DNA of 56,983 nt, counting the filler, from Platydemus manokwari (Eukaryota): assembly GCA_037951405.1 (NCBI GenBank). It is 5 parts of 5 records of this genome, joined end to end, with 100 filler letters (N's around TTAATTAATTAA, not from the genome) between each part and the next. Parts side by side here need not be neighbours in the genome. Positions count along the whole stretch, not along the records: positions 1 to 10,747 come from JBBMOY011108664.1; positions 10,848 to 26,500 come from JBBMOY011261429.1; 3 more parts are not named here. One strand, written 5' to 3'. Positions 1-14,913 of the stretch are shown in pieces (within the stretch, counting starts at the first letter, position 1; each line of letters begins with the position of its first letter). A model generated the notes under the pieces. The model was not told the origin of the DNA. It did not search any database and saw only the letters and a list, made by a program, of their open reading frames with translations. The position numbers and the translations under genes are program-made.

Positions 1-128
1 TCATTTTATTATCACAATATTTAAATTCCTTTATTAAGTAACTCTATTTTATTAGAGTATACAAAGAAATGATTTATCTTGTTTTATCGTAAATATAAAT
101 ATTTTATCAATCATATATAAGGTCTTAC

Positions 129-3100
129 CAGAAATTTTCTATTATTAACTGGTGGTGTGTTTGTAATTGTCGAAACAAGAATGTTTTTTATTTGCTCTCG
201 ACATTTGGTTGGATTTGGTGCCGCAATTTTTTTCACTTGTTTCTTCAAAATTATAAATTTAAAGATAAACTACAATTTGTTTTCCAGCTTACGAAATCAA
301 GTGATTGGGTGCCATTAGCTCGACAAGTTTTGGAATCATCTGGAGGAATAATTGGACCATTTTTCAACAAGCAATTGAATTCAGGTTCGTTTTTCTAAAC
401 ATGTTTTATTTATAGAATAAATACCAGTGTCAATTGTAAGTAGTTATTGACATGAAAATTAAATATCGTCCTTACATTGCCTGCAACTGAAGATATATAA
501 CGCACGAAAAACATGTTTGTTCCATAACAGAGATAGCTTACAGCATAGAGTGAATGTTTTTTGTCATACAAATCGATACTAATTTTGGTTTGAGGACTTT
601 CAAAAGCAATTTGAGTACTGGCACCTCCTAAATCTAAAGCTCCAAAGGTATTGATTTGTAAGTTTTCTTTTTTCTGAATTCAAGGAAGAAATTTGAAATG
701 GGTAATTCAATTTAAAATGTTATTGTAAGTATTCTTTGCAATATATAATTAAGTAAATATACTGTTGTAGAAAGATATTAATTTACTAATCATATCTTAT
801 AATTGAATACATACATATGTTAATAAGAAGTATATCACTTGAATAAAGCTTTATGAATGCCAGAGAAGCATGATAATAGGCAGTTACACGATAATTGAGT
901 GATGAATTATTAAATAATTAATTTTATAAGGTAATAATTTTAAATATTTTTATAAATTGCATATTGATATTTATTTGTGTTAACATTTATATTTCGGTGC
1001 ACGATATACATTATAAAAACATCTCTTAGAAATTTTTTAATTTTTATAAAAAATATGCATTTTAGAAATATATTCTCCTGAATTTCAAAAATTTTTTAGT
1101 GATTGATTTTAATTATTTCGCGATATTTAAAGTTTGTAATTATTATAAATGCAAGCATTTGAAATTGAATTAAAATTGTTAAAAAATATAATTTTCTTTA
1201 TAAACTTTACTTCTGTATAATTTTTTTAGTATAAAATCCAACCAATTTGTTAAAATAATTGTATTTAAATATAATTTGAAGTTGTTACATTTAAGTTTGT
1301 TTTCAATGTGTGGTTTTTAAAATAGTAGCGGCTTACAATGAACATATTTTTAATAGATCAGATGGATACACTAGAAGAAAATGTTTGTCGTTAAAAAGAT
1401 TTATGTTCTCTACCATGTTTTAAATTTCATTTATTTCTACACTCCATAACACATTTACCGAAATTACGATCATTATTATTACTACTATTATAATAATTAT
1501 TATTATTTTCTATTTTTCCGAAAATGAAGCTTTCATTTTTGTGTCTCTAAATTTTTATTTTATATCAACTGATATCAGGCTAATCTGATCTGAACAACGG
1601 ATTGAAGCTTGAATTAATAATGAAGTAATAATTATAATTCACAATTACAAAATCATATTAATCAATTGATAAATAAGAAAACAACGTAAATAAAAGCTGA
1701 TGAACTACATGAAATAATGTGTTGATGTAGATTTTCAATAATTTTTTGGTCAAATTATCCATCATTTTTAAAAATTATGTTTTTATTAATCATTATACTT
1801 ATTATCAAAAACCTTTAAAACTATAAACAAACCTTTTTGTGTCAAATGAAATTTGAAGGTATAAAAAACTGAATGTTTTTCGATATTCTTCTATTAAATA
1901 TTAATAGATATCTCATATTTATAACATGTAGCAAAAATATATAAGCGTCATATCAAGAAAAAATAGATGAAGAACATTAATACATTAATATTACTGCATT
2001 TCATAATAATAATAATTATTAATAACAATATTACTGTAGCTATTAACTATTATAATTAATATTATTACTATCTACTTAATTATTGTGGCCAATATTATTA
2101 ATACAGTATTCCTCCTCCTAACAGCCACTTTTGGGAAATTGGAAAGAGGAGATTTTATAAGAAAAATATTAAAGAACAATCAAATGAACTTTTAGTTTTT
2201 GGAAAAATATGGCGGTTATGAAGAAGAATACTGTATTATAATCGGTTCTATTATCAATTAGAATGATTGTTTTCTATTATCATCATGAACTATTTTTATT
2301 TAAATTTAGCACAAGTTTTTTAAGTGAAGCAAATTTAAAATCAATGATAATTTTAGAAGGATTTAAATCACTCATTAAATGTAAGTAGATGAATGATTGT
2401 TATAAAAATATACAATTTCGAATAGTGTAAAATAAATCTTATGGTTTTTAGCTTAATATCGTGGTAATAATGTTATATTAATTAATTAATTATTGTTGTA
2501 TAGCATGATGATAATATCTTAATGGAAACTAGTTCTAAACATTGGAAACCTTTTACCAAACTTACAACAATATTCTTCTACATTTATGTTTCAGCTTTAC
2601 TGAAATGTTCGACAAAATCAGTTTCATTAACCATATCAGAACCTTTATCACTCCAATGAAATTAATAATCCTTGTTTTGATCATTTGAAAAGACGAGATT
2701 GGTTAGCAGTTGTCCAAATTTACATTAATTCTCATACCAGTGAATATTATTCTCCATTTTTCATATCATAATTTTCATATTTATATAATTTTGAATTTCC
2801 ACATCAGTTTTTTTCATTTTCAAGATGAATGCTGTTATTTAATTTGGTATGAATTTTTTCTCGGAGAAACAAAGTGTAAACGATAAGTCCAGTACAAAAT
2901 TTTGTCGTTAAAATCAATGATATCGCCTGTAAACCAATCTTATTCGTGACCAATGAATCATGTATAAATCTCACAATTTTCTTACTATAAAATTTTTCCT
3001 GAAATCCTGATTTACTTTACATTGGAGTTTATTCTAAAACATTTTGACAGCATAAATGATTTTTAAATAATATTGAATTAACTTAAGATAAGTTGAAAGT

Positions 3101-6100
3101 GCATTCCATTCCCTTTCGATATAATAAAATTTCGAATTTATTCTATCTTAATTTTCAGATTTGTCTGTTGCTTTATTTATAGAATCATAAATGCAATCAC
3201 AATAGGCACGAACTATCACGGTTTACATAAAAATGAGGGAGAATCAATTAACAGTGGGTTTGAATAAGTAAATAAGCGAAATATAAAGTATTAATTTCGA
3301 GATACAATTACATACCGAAAGACATACGAAACCAATCTATACCCATATTAACAGTTAGAATTATTAATGGGTGAATCAGTAAACCTTCGTAGTTCTTATA
3401 ATTCACACCATAAGTTTATTTCATTTTCATTAAAATTATGCTTTCTGGACCTAATCTTCTATACCTACTTTCTTTATTCCTTTGTAAACGACCCAGAAAC
3501 ATTTTTGTAAGGTAATACATTTTATGAAAAATCCCAATAACTTATAAATATTAGACTATAAAGATCAATCATTTTTCATTCATAAGTATTTTCAATAATT
3601 TACAAAGTGCATTATATTGAGGCGATAGTCACTTGTCATTTGACTTTCTATTTATTATATTTTGTTCTTTTATATTATATTACATCATATTTGATAAGAA
3701 TTATACTTTCATTTATTAGATTAAAAATTCGGAAATCAGTGATGAAATTGATCTCTTAATTTCCGTTAAGATAAAACAAATTGGAAAATTATATACTCGA
3801 ATGAATTGTTGAAAATTTATAATTTTAATATATTATTATTAAAATTTTCACAATAAAATTTTGCTGTTGATTCAAAAAATGTTTAAAAGTTTAATTTTTC
3901 TTTGTGTTTTTTTTAAACATCGCAGTTGCATTAATCGACACATTATTAATACAAAAATGTTTAGAACTCATGATCAGTTATCAAAACCAATTCTTAATAA
4001 AATCTTAATAACAATAGAAATTATTAGATAGAGTTATTAACATAAATATTATCTATTTCATAATTTATTTCCTACTTAAATATCTAATTATAAATTTTAA
4101 ATTTGATAACTAATTTCTTCAGATAAAATCCTAAATTAATTTAATAAACATTTCAAATAAAACAATGCCAAATAAAAGTATTTAAAAAGTTTTTAAAATT
4201 CTGAATTTACCTTGTAGATAAATTAGTGGCAGTATTAAAAAAATATATATTTAAAATCGAATATACTTGTCCAATTGTTTTTTTGAGAAAATTTGAAGTT
4301 ATCCATGCAGAAATAGCTTCAGTTTCACCATCGATGATTCCAACAAACTTAGAATTCCAACCTTTCATTTCGAATAATTTTTGAATACCTTTGAACAAAT
4401 TGTCAGTTTCCGTTGGATATTCAATTCTAAATAGAGTTGACAATAATATCAAACCAAATCATTTATCATTATAAAATTATAACTTATCAACATGAACCCC
4501 ATTGTTGACAAATATGCATTGGAGCTTGTGATAATTTATGAATTTATTTAATGATTAGAAAACTAATGATTAAGATTCTAAATAATGATTTCATATTAGC
4601 TAGCTGTAATTGAAGTTGACCCAATCATATGAGTTGTATTGAACGAAAATATCACTATACGAATTGAAAAATTAAAAATAAAGGATATTGAAAAAGAAAG
4701 AAATGTCGAAATCACTGATGCACTAAATTCAATATCAATAATTAAAGAAATAATGAAAGTCGTTTAGTAAATTTATCAATAGGTCAGAGTCCGAGCTGAG
4801 TCTGCTTCATGAAAATAATATGTACCTTATCCGGGATCAAATTACCGATATAAATATTTTGAAGTACGAACTAATATTTTTTTAGTCTAGTTCTCCAGCC
4901 CTGACTACAAGATCCGTATTGCAAAAGAACAGAAAACATATTGAATCATTTATCATTACGGTAATGATAAAATATCAGTTATTCGTCGAAAAAAAAACAA
5001 TCCATATTCAAATTATGGTAGAAATATTTCATGTCACCATGTCAACATCATAAAATTCCTGATCAATAAATATCTGAAACATTATACCAAATTAAGTTAC
5101 AGATTTTTTAGCTCACAATTTCAATGAATACATCGCCCATGGTTATGAGATATTTGATTGCTATTTTTAAAAATGAAACTTAAAGGGCTTTCTCAATATT
5201 TCATCTACTAAATTATTTTATTTTATTTCCAAGAAATTGTTTGGAAAATCCAAGCAAATTATTTGAGAAATTATTAAATCAAGATTTGTAATAAATTCCA
5301 TTTTTAATATGTATTATTACAGTTGATCTTTCTCTATATATCTCCATTTAATTAAGCGAAGGAATTATAAATATTATTTATTGAATTATAATATTTATGT
5401 TGAAACACGTCTGAAGCGGTTTTGTTAGAGATTTAAAATATCTTAAACACAAAACAAATCTTCTAATAAATAATCTAGTATAGTAACATATGTTTGGTAA
5501 TAAATACATGTCATGTACATTTATTTTGTATCTTGGCAAATTTATTGCTTGACAAATGAAGAGTTGGTATAATTATATTCTCATGGTCGTATTGAATTGT
5601 GGATCACTGAATAAGTAATTGAAACATTACAAGAAGAATTTGTATTTTGAAAACTACTTTCAATGCAACACTTTAATATTTAACTCCATTATAGAAGTAT
5701 TCAACAAATTCAGCTGTTTGTTTGGAAAAGTTTGAAAGTGTTTTGGAATCATTTTTAAAAATTTAAAATATCTTTTATAGAAAACAAATATTTTTGTCAA
5801 TTTTATAGAATAATAATTTTTAAGTGCTAATATAGTAATTCCTTTGATAGCTCAGAAAATTGCTAGACATATTTGGAGTATTATGTTCTTTTGATCTCAT
5901 TTAAAAGATTTCATTCAATAAGTATTTTTATAGCTTTTTACTTTCAGGTTTGATTAATTACAACTAAATTTTTGATATTGAAATTTCTATATTGTTGGAA
6001 TTTTCCAATTAAAGTGACTAGAAAATGTTGATTTAAATATATAAGTACAAAAAATTTTGTCCTTTTGAAATTCTTATTTTCGTTGACTTTCCCAAACACC

Positions 6101-7690
6101 TGCTTCGATATTGAACCGAAAACCGCAGCAAAACCAATTATTTCGATGGTTTATTGTTGACAAGGATATGGATAAGTGTAAGATTTGATAACAATGGAGA
6201 TATTAATGAAATAAACATGGTTGGAGATGATTTGTCTGTTAATAAAAATTGATGAAAAGTACAAAATTGTTTCAATTATTATTAACGAAACTTCATCTAT
6301 CTGCAATGAAACTATGAGAAAAATTAAAATGTTATAATAACAATATCATTGATCACTTGTGTTTGTAAGAAATATCTACTACTCATTAGTGTTTCGTTTA
6401 TATTATCTTTTAAAACTAAATACAGAGATCATGGAATCTGATTAAAGATATATATATATTTAAATCTGTGGGAAATTTTAAATTACAGTCTGGAATTATT
6501 TTAAATAATATGAGATAATGTTTATCAATAAACAATTGATAAAGATCTTCCCTTTTGTGTCATTAGAATGTCAAACTCGGTTAATATTCACTTTTATGAA
6601 CTGTGTTATGAATTTTGTAATTGAAAACGATTGTCTACGATTGTATTACAATAACTTGAAAATATTACTAGACAATGGATGTGATGATGTTTTATGACAT
6701 GATATCATGAATTATTTTTTTCTTTTAATGACAATGATTTCTTATTCTTATCCGAAATATTCATTTGATTGTGATTTTAACTCGAATAAATACAACATGT
6801 TACATTTGATTAATGTTTCCGTGGTTTAATTTCCGTTATCTTATTATATTTTTTTAAAAATTGTCTTTCTTATATAGCAAGTAATAATTAGCGATTAATT
6901 TTTATAATTTATTAGGCATATTCTTTAGATTATTCATTATAATGCTTCAATTATGCCATAATCAATTTACTGTACCATTTTCAGTCTAGTTTGCTTTAGA
7001 AGTGTGATAAAAGTGCTTTCGCGAATTCAACCAATGCCAAAAGATGTGCTTTGAATAATTTTAAACTCCATATATTTATTATTGAAAAATTAAAGACCTT
7101 AAAGTACAATCAGTTATTTAAAGATTAAACTAGTTAAGGTCTTATTTAACTATTGAACTCTTAAATTTTTTTTGCTTGATACTACTTTTTAAACTACAGA
7201 CTAACTTTCTTATTTTGTTAACATAATGAATTGTTTTCTGTCAAGTTAAAATTTTTCTCCTTTAATTCGATTATATTGTTGCATCATTATGCCAATTTAA
7301 GCAATTATTAAAATTGTAATTCCATACCATTACAATAAACACAGAGTTAAAGATAACTGAAATATGAATATTACACCAAGGTCACTTATTTAAACACGTG
7401 CCATTTAATATTAATTATAAAGAATAAAATCATAATCTGGACATGATTTCTTTAATGAATTAATAAAAGAAAATTGTAAATTATTTTAATTTAAAATTTA
7501 TAAATAAATATAGAAAATATTAACAATAATAATTTTTATAAAACTTACTGAAACAGTCTCATTCCGGCAGTTGATGCTAAATAGATTGATGGTTTGATTA
7601 TATAAGATGTTGGAATATTTGTCATGAGAGAAGATATACAATCCAATAATCCATTGTTTGTTAGATTAAGAGGAACTTCTTGAATTTTAC
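129..7690 (-). CDS. Ectonucleoside triphosphate diphosphohydrolase (GDA1/CD39 family apyrase), partial; 5 exons recovered, 5' exon(s) with ACR1 not found and 3' exons run off the window
   Basis: Minus-strand exons with GT/AG boundaries and consistent phases: 7549-7690 ([16 protein letters not shown]2), 4267-4426 ([22 protein letters not shown]3 with catalytic Glu), 476-673 ([15 protein letters not shown]...[13 protein letters not shown]4), 293-394 and 129-242 (Cys-containing region ending PPVNNRKFL). Confidence 0.93.
2104..2233. mobile_element. 130-bp MITE, Tc1/pogo-type (CAGT termini, TA target duplication), in an NTPDase intron
   Basis: The left end TA|CAGTATTCCTCCTCCTAACAGCCA matches the reverse complement of the right end, TA|CAGTATTCTTCTTCATAACCGCCA. 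This gives an imperfect TIR of about 24 bp flanked by TA on both sides. Confidence 0.8.
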
Positions 7691-9859
7691 CTAAAATAAT
7701 GAATCGATAACAACATGATTTATTAATTTTTCCTTTACATTCACATGTATTTATCTATGAACTAAATAACCGATAATAGAATTGTTCAGGCTCAATAACT
7801 AAAGCCTAGGCGATGGTAGTAAAAATTTATTTATTTATAACTTCATACAGATAAAAATTCCAAAAAAAGTAAAAATAAAATAATGATCATTAAATTCAAG
7901 CTAAATATTTTTATAACAATTATACTGAGATTCAATTTTTGCTCCAATTCTTTATATAAATAATAATAAATAATCTCGATATTTATTTCGACTCATAAAT
8001 GAAAATTATTTTTCATTGCTATATTGTTTTTGTAATCAAATATTTGATATTCGTTTTAATATGTATAATGTGCGTTATAGATTTTATTTCTTAAAATGTA
8101 GTTAATGTCTTAATCGGAAAGTGTGCTGATAGACACAATTATTTATCAAATCCCCACTTAATCAACGAACAATAACAAAATAGCCTAACCATATTTGATA
8201 TTACAAATCTTTGTCGAACACTTTTATTTGTAAATATTTTAGCATTATGTTATTCTCTAATAAAGCAGGAAAAATAAACGAAACTACTGAACAAATAGGT
8301 AATTATTCCTGTTAAATTGAAAAATCTAAAATATTATAATCGTTTGATCCCAATTCTCCAATTCAATAATAATGATTTACATAATCGTTAAAATATTAAA
8401 TATTTCTTTCATGCTGCAAATAGCATATTGGTGATTACAAGTTATGTTAAACAAGAAATATTGATAATTCTAGTGTGACTAACAATAACCGGTGACAAAA
8501 ACCATTCATAGTTATTACATATATTATATATTTTAAATTAATTAATTAATAATCAATTAATTTATTCTAAACTAATTATATGATATCAACTCAGTTCCTC
8601 TGCAGATATATGATAATCATAAATTTATACGGTAATTGTTGAATAAAGGGTCAGTCTTGATCTAAAATAAATTCAAACTAAACGAACGAAAAAAAAATAT
8701 AATCTATATAAATAAAAATGTAAATATTCGTTTTATCAAAAACTAAAAACTCTAAAGATTTTTAACACAAAGCTTTGAAAGTTTTACACAACATTGCACA
8801 CGAATCCAGGCATGTTTTCAATTATCACAGGTTAGACATCTATATAATGTTGATATAATTATTTCATGTTTTCTTAATTAATCTGGTTTTGAATTTAAAT
8901 ATTTTCTTAATCTATATTTGAAAAATAATGAACTAAAACACTATTTAATTAAACCAGTTAATAATAACGTAATGTATACCTTTAATTTTATTTAATTTAT
9001 AAATGTTAATAGATATTTTCTAGAAGAAATATCAGGAAAAATTCACTTAATTCACTGATTTAGTTCATGATTCAAATGATTTCTAAACCACAAACATAAT
9101 ATTGTAATCTTTAATTTTATAATCATTTATGTTCACGTAAACACTTTAAGGATAAAAAACCTCAAATTGACTAGTAGCTATATTAAAATTTTAAGATTTT
9201 TAAAAATATTATATAAATACTACACATACCTTGTTCCATTAAATTCAGATGTATTTTAAATATCATTTATGTATAATTTTGTCTACAAAGATCTTTATTT
9301 CCACCCCTTTATATTTATCGAAATAACATGAAGAGATTATAAAACATTCACTTTACAGCAATTATTTTTGCAATTATTTGGAATTTTTTATGGAATTTGT
9401 AATTCGACTAAAAAAACCCACAATTTTATTTTTCACAAATTGGATTTTTTGGATTTTTAAATAACTAAAATGTATAAAAAATAACAATTTTGTAGTTTTA
9501 TTGTAATAAAAAAAATGATAATGGAAACATTATCATAATGTATAACATAATGAATTCCAAATTGAAATTAATGATTTTTAGAAAAATGTAACTCAGCTCT
9601 TACAGTCTATCCTTGGTCTGGCAGAAAATAGACTCCTATTATGATTGTAAGACGAAACTTATTTATTAAAAGTTTATAAATTTAAAATTATCTAATAAAT
9701 AATCATCAGGATTTTAACCAATTAATTATCTATTAATAATACAAAATAAATTATTTTGGCAAAGGTATCTCATACCAGCTCTCATAATATATTAGAGCAC
9801 TCGAATAAAATGTGAGTGATCTCAAAATATACATCTACAAATAATAGTCATTATGCGAA

Positions 9860-10200
9860 CGTTTATTTGCTTTAATTAGACGACAAATCAAGGTAAAGTT
9901 GACATTGGCAATATGTTTATTGTCAGTATAAAAAAATATAAATAAAAGAAACCGTTGGTATATTTTCGGAGATTTGTTTATTGAGAATAAGTGTTATAAT
10001 TGAAGAATATATTTTATCATTTCAAAAATGTTATAATACCGATGTTAAATTGAAAACAAACAATGAAAGATCATTGTTTGAGTATGATCTTTTCAAACAG
10101 TACATTTACAATACCGATATCATTCTCAAACACATTTCTTCGGTGTACTCGTTTAATAAAAATAAAATAATCAAGTATGTCATTACAAAATAATAAAACT
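9860..10200 (+). mobile_element. Degraded LTR-retrotransposon integrase core remnant
   Basis: YLL*LDDKSR resembles the first catalytic Asp region. It is followed by KLKTNNERSLFEYDLFKQYIYNTDIILKHISSVYSFNKN, which follows the rve pattern tDNg..F...f..f....I.h..s.y.p..NG. Stops are present. Confidence 0.4.
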
Positions 10201-10747
10201 ATATTTTTCATAAATCCTTTTGCAATTATTGTAACGTTATAAGTTTGATAGATTAATTGTTAAATGATAGTGTTCTACAACACAAATCATTGTTCTATTA
10301 TAATAACGGAGATTGTTTTGGCAAGATATAATTCCTTATATGTCGCATATTAATTAGAGCAACAAAAGATAAATAGCTATTCTTGAATATTACAATAAAG
10401 CAGCACTCTTATAGTAGAATATTTATAGTAGCGAAAATCAAGTTTAATAGATACATTTTGGGAAACTTGTGATTTTCTTAAATGCAAAATAAACTACATT
10501 TTCCTTTAGATTTTCTTAATTACAGGGACAATCCAGTACGACATATGTATTATTAAAACATCTTACAACTAAATACTGAAACTGACCAAATTCATTAGAA
10601 GACAAAATATACTTAACTAATAATTAATTTGAATTCATCTCAAACTCATTGGTAGAAAAATAATATCTCGATATATAAATAATTTGATCAAGTCTGTCAT
10701 ATTAATCAATAAGATACTTTTTACCTCATTGATGCTTTGACAACATA

Positions 10748-10847
10748 NNNNNNNNNNNNNNNNNNNNNNNNNNNNNNNNNNNNNNNNNNNNTTAATTAAT
10801 TAANNNNNNNNNNNNNNNNNNNNNNNNNNNNNNNNNNNNNNNNNNNN
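10748..10847. other. Artificial contig spacer N44-TTAATTAATTAA-N44
   Basis: Identical 100-nt structure to the other three gaps. The linker carries stop codons in all six frames. Confidence 0.97.
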
Positions 10848-10903
10848 CAGCATTTAATATGATTGTAAAATTTATTACCATTTTTAAATGGAAATTTGGT
10901 TTT
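10848..10903 (+). repeat. Dispersed 56-bp repeat, inverted copy at 56841-56896
   Basis: CAGCATTTAATATGATTGTAAAATTTATTACCATTTTTAAATGGAAATTTGGTTTT matches the reverse complement of 56841-56896 at 53/56 positions. Confidence 0.85.
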
Positions 10904-12099
10904 GAAAGGTTGAAATGACTTATACCACTTTCATTATCAAGGGCTCAATTAAATCTATGTTAATAATAATGACACTGATAAATATATACTATAGCTGGAG
11001 ATAAATTCGATAAGAAACAAAATCGTTGAATGAAAGCATTATTGAAACTATCTGACTATTAAGTATATTTGATGATCCCATATGGACTACGTAAATATAC
11101 AATAATAATTAAAAATATACAATAACAATTTAAATTCAACACAATCAAAAAGCAATTATTTCATAGGGAGCCAAGTGTTCCCATTCGACAAAGGAAATTA
11201 TTAAAATAATCAAATCAGCATTATCAGTCATTTGTCGATAACAACACGAAACATAGCACTTAATAATTATTTTAACCATGTTAACGCACGTAAAGAATAA
11301 CCACCATAAAATATTATTATGATAATGGTGTTATGATGAAGTTTATCATTTCACCAAGCATAGCAACTGACCTAACCTATCATGTTGTTCTTATCGCATC
11401 TCTTGTAAAAACCTTGAGTTCTGACGTAAAGAACAACAATGAATAACACCGTGTATTATAAATAGCGTACAGTAATCAGATATCGTATCTGTTACGAATT
11501 ATTTGCAATAACGGCCAGGAAGAGTTTCTGAGTCTTGATATTATTTTTTAGTTGATAATCGTAAAAGATTAACTGGGGGAGGTATAACCCTGTGTGCAAT
11601 TAGCGGGGTATTAAATGATTAAAAACTGATGTTATCCATCTCCCGGTGGAAGCTTTAATTAATTGAATGTCATGAAAGGACCTATAATAACTAATTTCCG
11701 ATAAATATTGAACCTGATAAGTGATCAAGATTACCATATGATTGAAATTTTATGATTGGAATAATTTTAATTTTAATTTAAATCCATTTTCATCAGTTTT
11801 GGCGGCACACTTATTTTCAAATAATCAAATTTAAGATATTTTCTTTCAAATAAACAGCAGAAAATTGGAAGTCCTTAAATGTTTTTAGATGTAAGTTGTT
11901 AAACGATTTTTATTCGCGTTATAGGATCCAGTTTGCACCTATTTTGTTCTGGCTATTCAGGGTTGATTATATTAATAATATTAATCTACAATATTCATAA
12001 TCTTTTTGAATACTATTATTAGATTATAAATTATAATATAATAATAGTAATTTTATTGGTTGTAATTGGAGTTATAATTATTTGATATTTAAAGTATTT

Positions 12100-12356
12100 A
12101 ATAATAATAACAATAGTAATAATAATAGTAATAATAATAATAGTAATAATAATGATGATAATAATAATAGTGATAATAATAAATAATATTAATAAAGGTA
12201 ATAATGATAGTAATAATAATAGTAATAATAATGGTAATAATTATATCAAATAAAATAATAGTAATAATAGTGATAATAATAATAATGATAATAATAGTAA
12301 TAATAATGATAATAATTATATTAAATATAATAATAGTAATAATAATGATAATAATG
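12100..12356. repeat. Degenerate (AAT/AGT/GAT)n microsatellite
   Basis: Continuous aataatagtaataatgat-type triplet runs. Confidence 0.9.
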
Positions 12357-14545
12357 AATTATTTATGAAATCCTATGAAGATTTATGTTACAGACACATT
12401 AAACGCCGATAAACTATTGCCAGTGAAATATCTCTTTATCCCAGACTTATTAACCGATAAGTACCAACTTCAATGAAGAAATTCTTTTTCCGTAGCGATT
12501 CACTCATTAATAATCAATCATCGGATCAGTTGTGATAAAAATTTTAATTCGTTCAGTTATTTGAATAGCTTTATTTCTGACAACCCAAAATGTCATGAGG
12601 AATATATTCAACACTCGGTTTTATCCTCTTTTACGTTCATTGTGACATTTATTGTTCAACACTTCGTTTTTTACGATTATTTTATGATTTCATTTTTTGT
12701 TCATTTTTGAACGGATATCATCTATAATAATAATAATCTCTCAATTCATAATCTGTTGTATTTTTTTATTTGATAATCGTTGATAAAAAAATACTTTTAT
12801 CAATTTAAAATCTTTTCATGAATTTATAAAAATAATACTGCTAGAAAGCGATGTACATATTTCTTCAATATCTCGTATTTTTACATATAAATATCTTTTG
12901 TATTTTCGTTGTATTTTACTGGTAATTTTAACGATTTATTGTGACAAACATATCTCTCAGATGACAGCAATTTCCGGAGTTCTTCAATTAAATCCTGTTT
13001 TTGGTAATTTGAAGATTTATGCTTTGTTTATAGATCTAGAAAAACGGATACCAGGAATAAATTTGTTATCGACTGATTTGCAGTTGGAGTGATTGATTCC
13101 CATAAGATAAATCTGTAGTTCTGTTATTCTATATCGAATAAGAGTTTTCATTTATATTTTGGTTTAATTCTTGGCAATTTTCGGAAGCTCAAGTGTGTTT
13201 CCTAATGTATAAATGTTTCGAAATATGTGAAGTTCTTATCAATGTCCTACATGTGAATTCCTTAATTTTTTAAAAGAATGAGTTGTGAATCCATCAACTT
13301 TACATCGATTAGCGTCGAATTTATACCCGAGATATAAATTGATTGATAAATTTTGTAGTTCTTTCTAGAATTGGTTAGGAACCATGGATTGGAACACACG
13401 AGTTCTTTACTCGATTTCATTTTCACAAATCTTATATTAATTCCATTTTTCGTTTCATATCTACATAATTCTCACAGTAATTTTATACACCATTGATACA
13501 CACATCTCAGTGTGCAGTATTTAACTCTATCAGGTAACGAATTACAAATGAGCCTTATTATAAATCGATATAACATTTGAAACTATGTAACTGCTGACCT
13601 TATTGTATATTGATAATGGACGGAAAATTTTTATTTTGTCATGAACTTTACAATTGATATATAACCACAAAATTTTCCAATTCTAAAAATCGTTCTTAGT
13701 TAAGCAATTACTACAAACCAATTAGAGTGTGTGAAATATAAATAAACTGTCTCACCGTCCTTAAGATGAGATATGAAACAATACATTGATGACATCAAAA
13801 TTCATTGGAGTGTATGAAATCTCTTTGTGTTGTTATATTTTATATATATTATCAAATTATAAGTTCTATGAGTTTCGATTCTGTTAACTTGACGAATTGC
13901 TTAATATGACAATTTTTTTCTTTATATTTATATATTTTTTGTGGATTTACCGGTGTTCATTTCGGATCTTGATTGTTGAAAGAATTATTTTTTTTTCTTA
14001 TGGATGTAATATTTCAGAATGTAATATCGAGCGGAAATCGTTATTCGTTGAATTTAATGGCCAATGTGTCGATTTATTTTTGTTTGGAATGTCTGTTGAA
14101 AATTATTTTTAGAATGAATTCAGCATGTTGTGTTTTCCAGTTGATTCGTGCCAGTGTTGATGTGGCTTATGTTGAATAGTTTCGATAGTTTAATCTCAGT
14201 GACTATAAATGATAAATCGTATGGATAAATTTTTTATATTATTTATTGATTATTAGGACTGAAAATTTTTATCGTTTTATCTTCTGGAGAAAAGAAACTC
14301 AGAAGCTGTGTGATTTGTTTCCTTAACTGGAAATATTTTATCATGAAATGTATTTGCCGTATTGATTAAAGATTTTGTCTTTAAATATTAAAATATTGTT
14401 AAAAGAATTAATTTTAAAATATATTAAAGAATGATAATTTTTTGTTTTAATCGACAAAAATATTATTCTAATGAATAATTTCTTCTATGCTTGCTATTTA
14501 AAATTCACCGGTTTATCGATTCGGAAAAAAAATTGTTATTGTTGG

Positions 14546-14913
14546 TACGACTATGACATCAAATATCAAATTTCATATCAATATCTTCCTGAGTTTAAAA
14601 AAAATTACGCTCGTCTTAATGAAGCTAAAGTGTTTTTTTCGATTTTTACAATGTCTGATTTTTTGTTGAGTAAAGAAATTTCCAAATACATGCTGAAGAT
14701 CTTTTAGCAAGCCTTCGGTGATCAGTCTATGTCGAAAAGAAAGAATATGTGAGTGGTATAAAATATATCCGAGACGAGCACAAACATCAGCTGGCATAAA
14801 TGTATTGTGTCGGATTGTGATTACATTAAAGGCGATGAAATTCATTTAGAAGAATAAATAAAGATTTTTCATTTTATTACACAATCACCGGTCATACTTG
14901 ATCAGAGTAGTAT
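14546..14913 (+). mobile_element. Internally deleted mariner element remnant
   Basis: MLKIF*QAFGDQSMSK.../EWYK resembles the mariner N-terminal HTH (MLxxAFGDxxMSxxxVxEWYK). It is fused to a C-terminal DYIKGDEIHLEE* and a TIR-like end (CCGGTCATACTTGATCAGAGTAG|TA). The left TIR is only weakly recognisable. Confidence 0.65.

Noticed and set aside
7730-7810. Candidate micro-exons upstream of the NTPDase ACR2 exon
   Set aside because: At least two incompatible options exist and neither carries the ACR1 DAGS motif.
11858-11962. Possible two-exon fragment with a 34-nt GT-AG intron
   Set aside because: The translation has no recognisable homology, the intron is shorter than confirmed introns here, and there are no flanking exons.
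12380-13500. Possible further Ulp1-type LINE relic (TDPMIDY...FHWQ)
   Set aside because: Motifs are too eroded to list as a feature, so it is noted only as a possibility.
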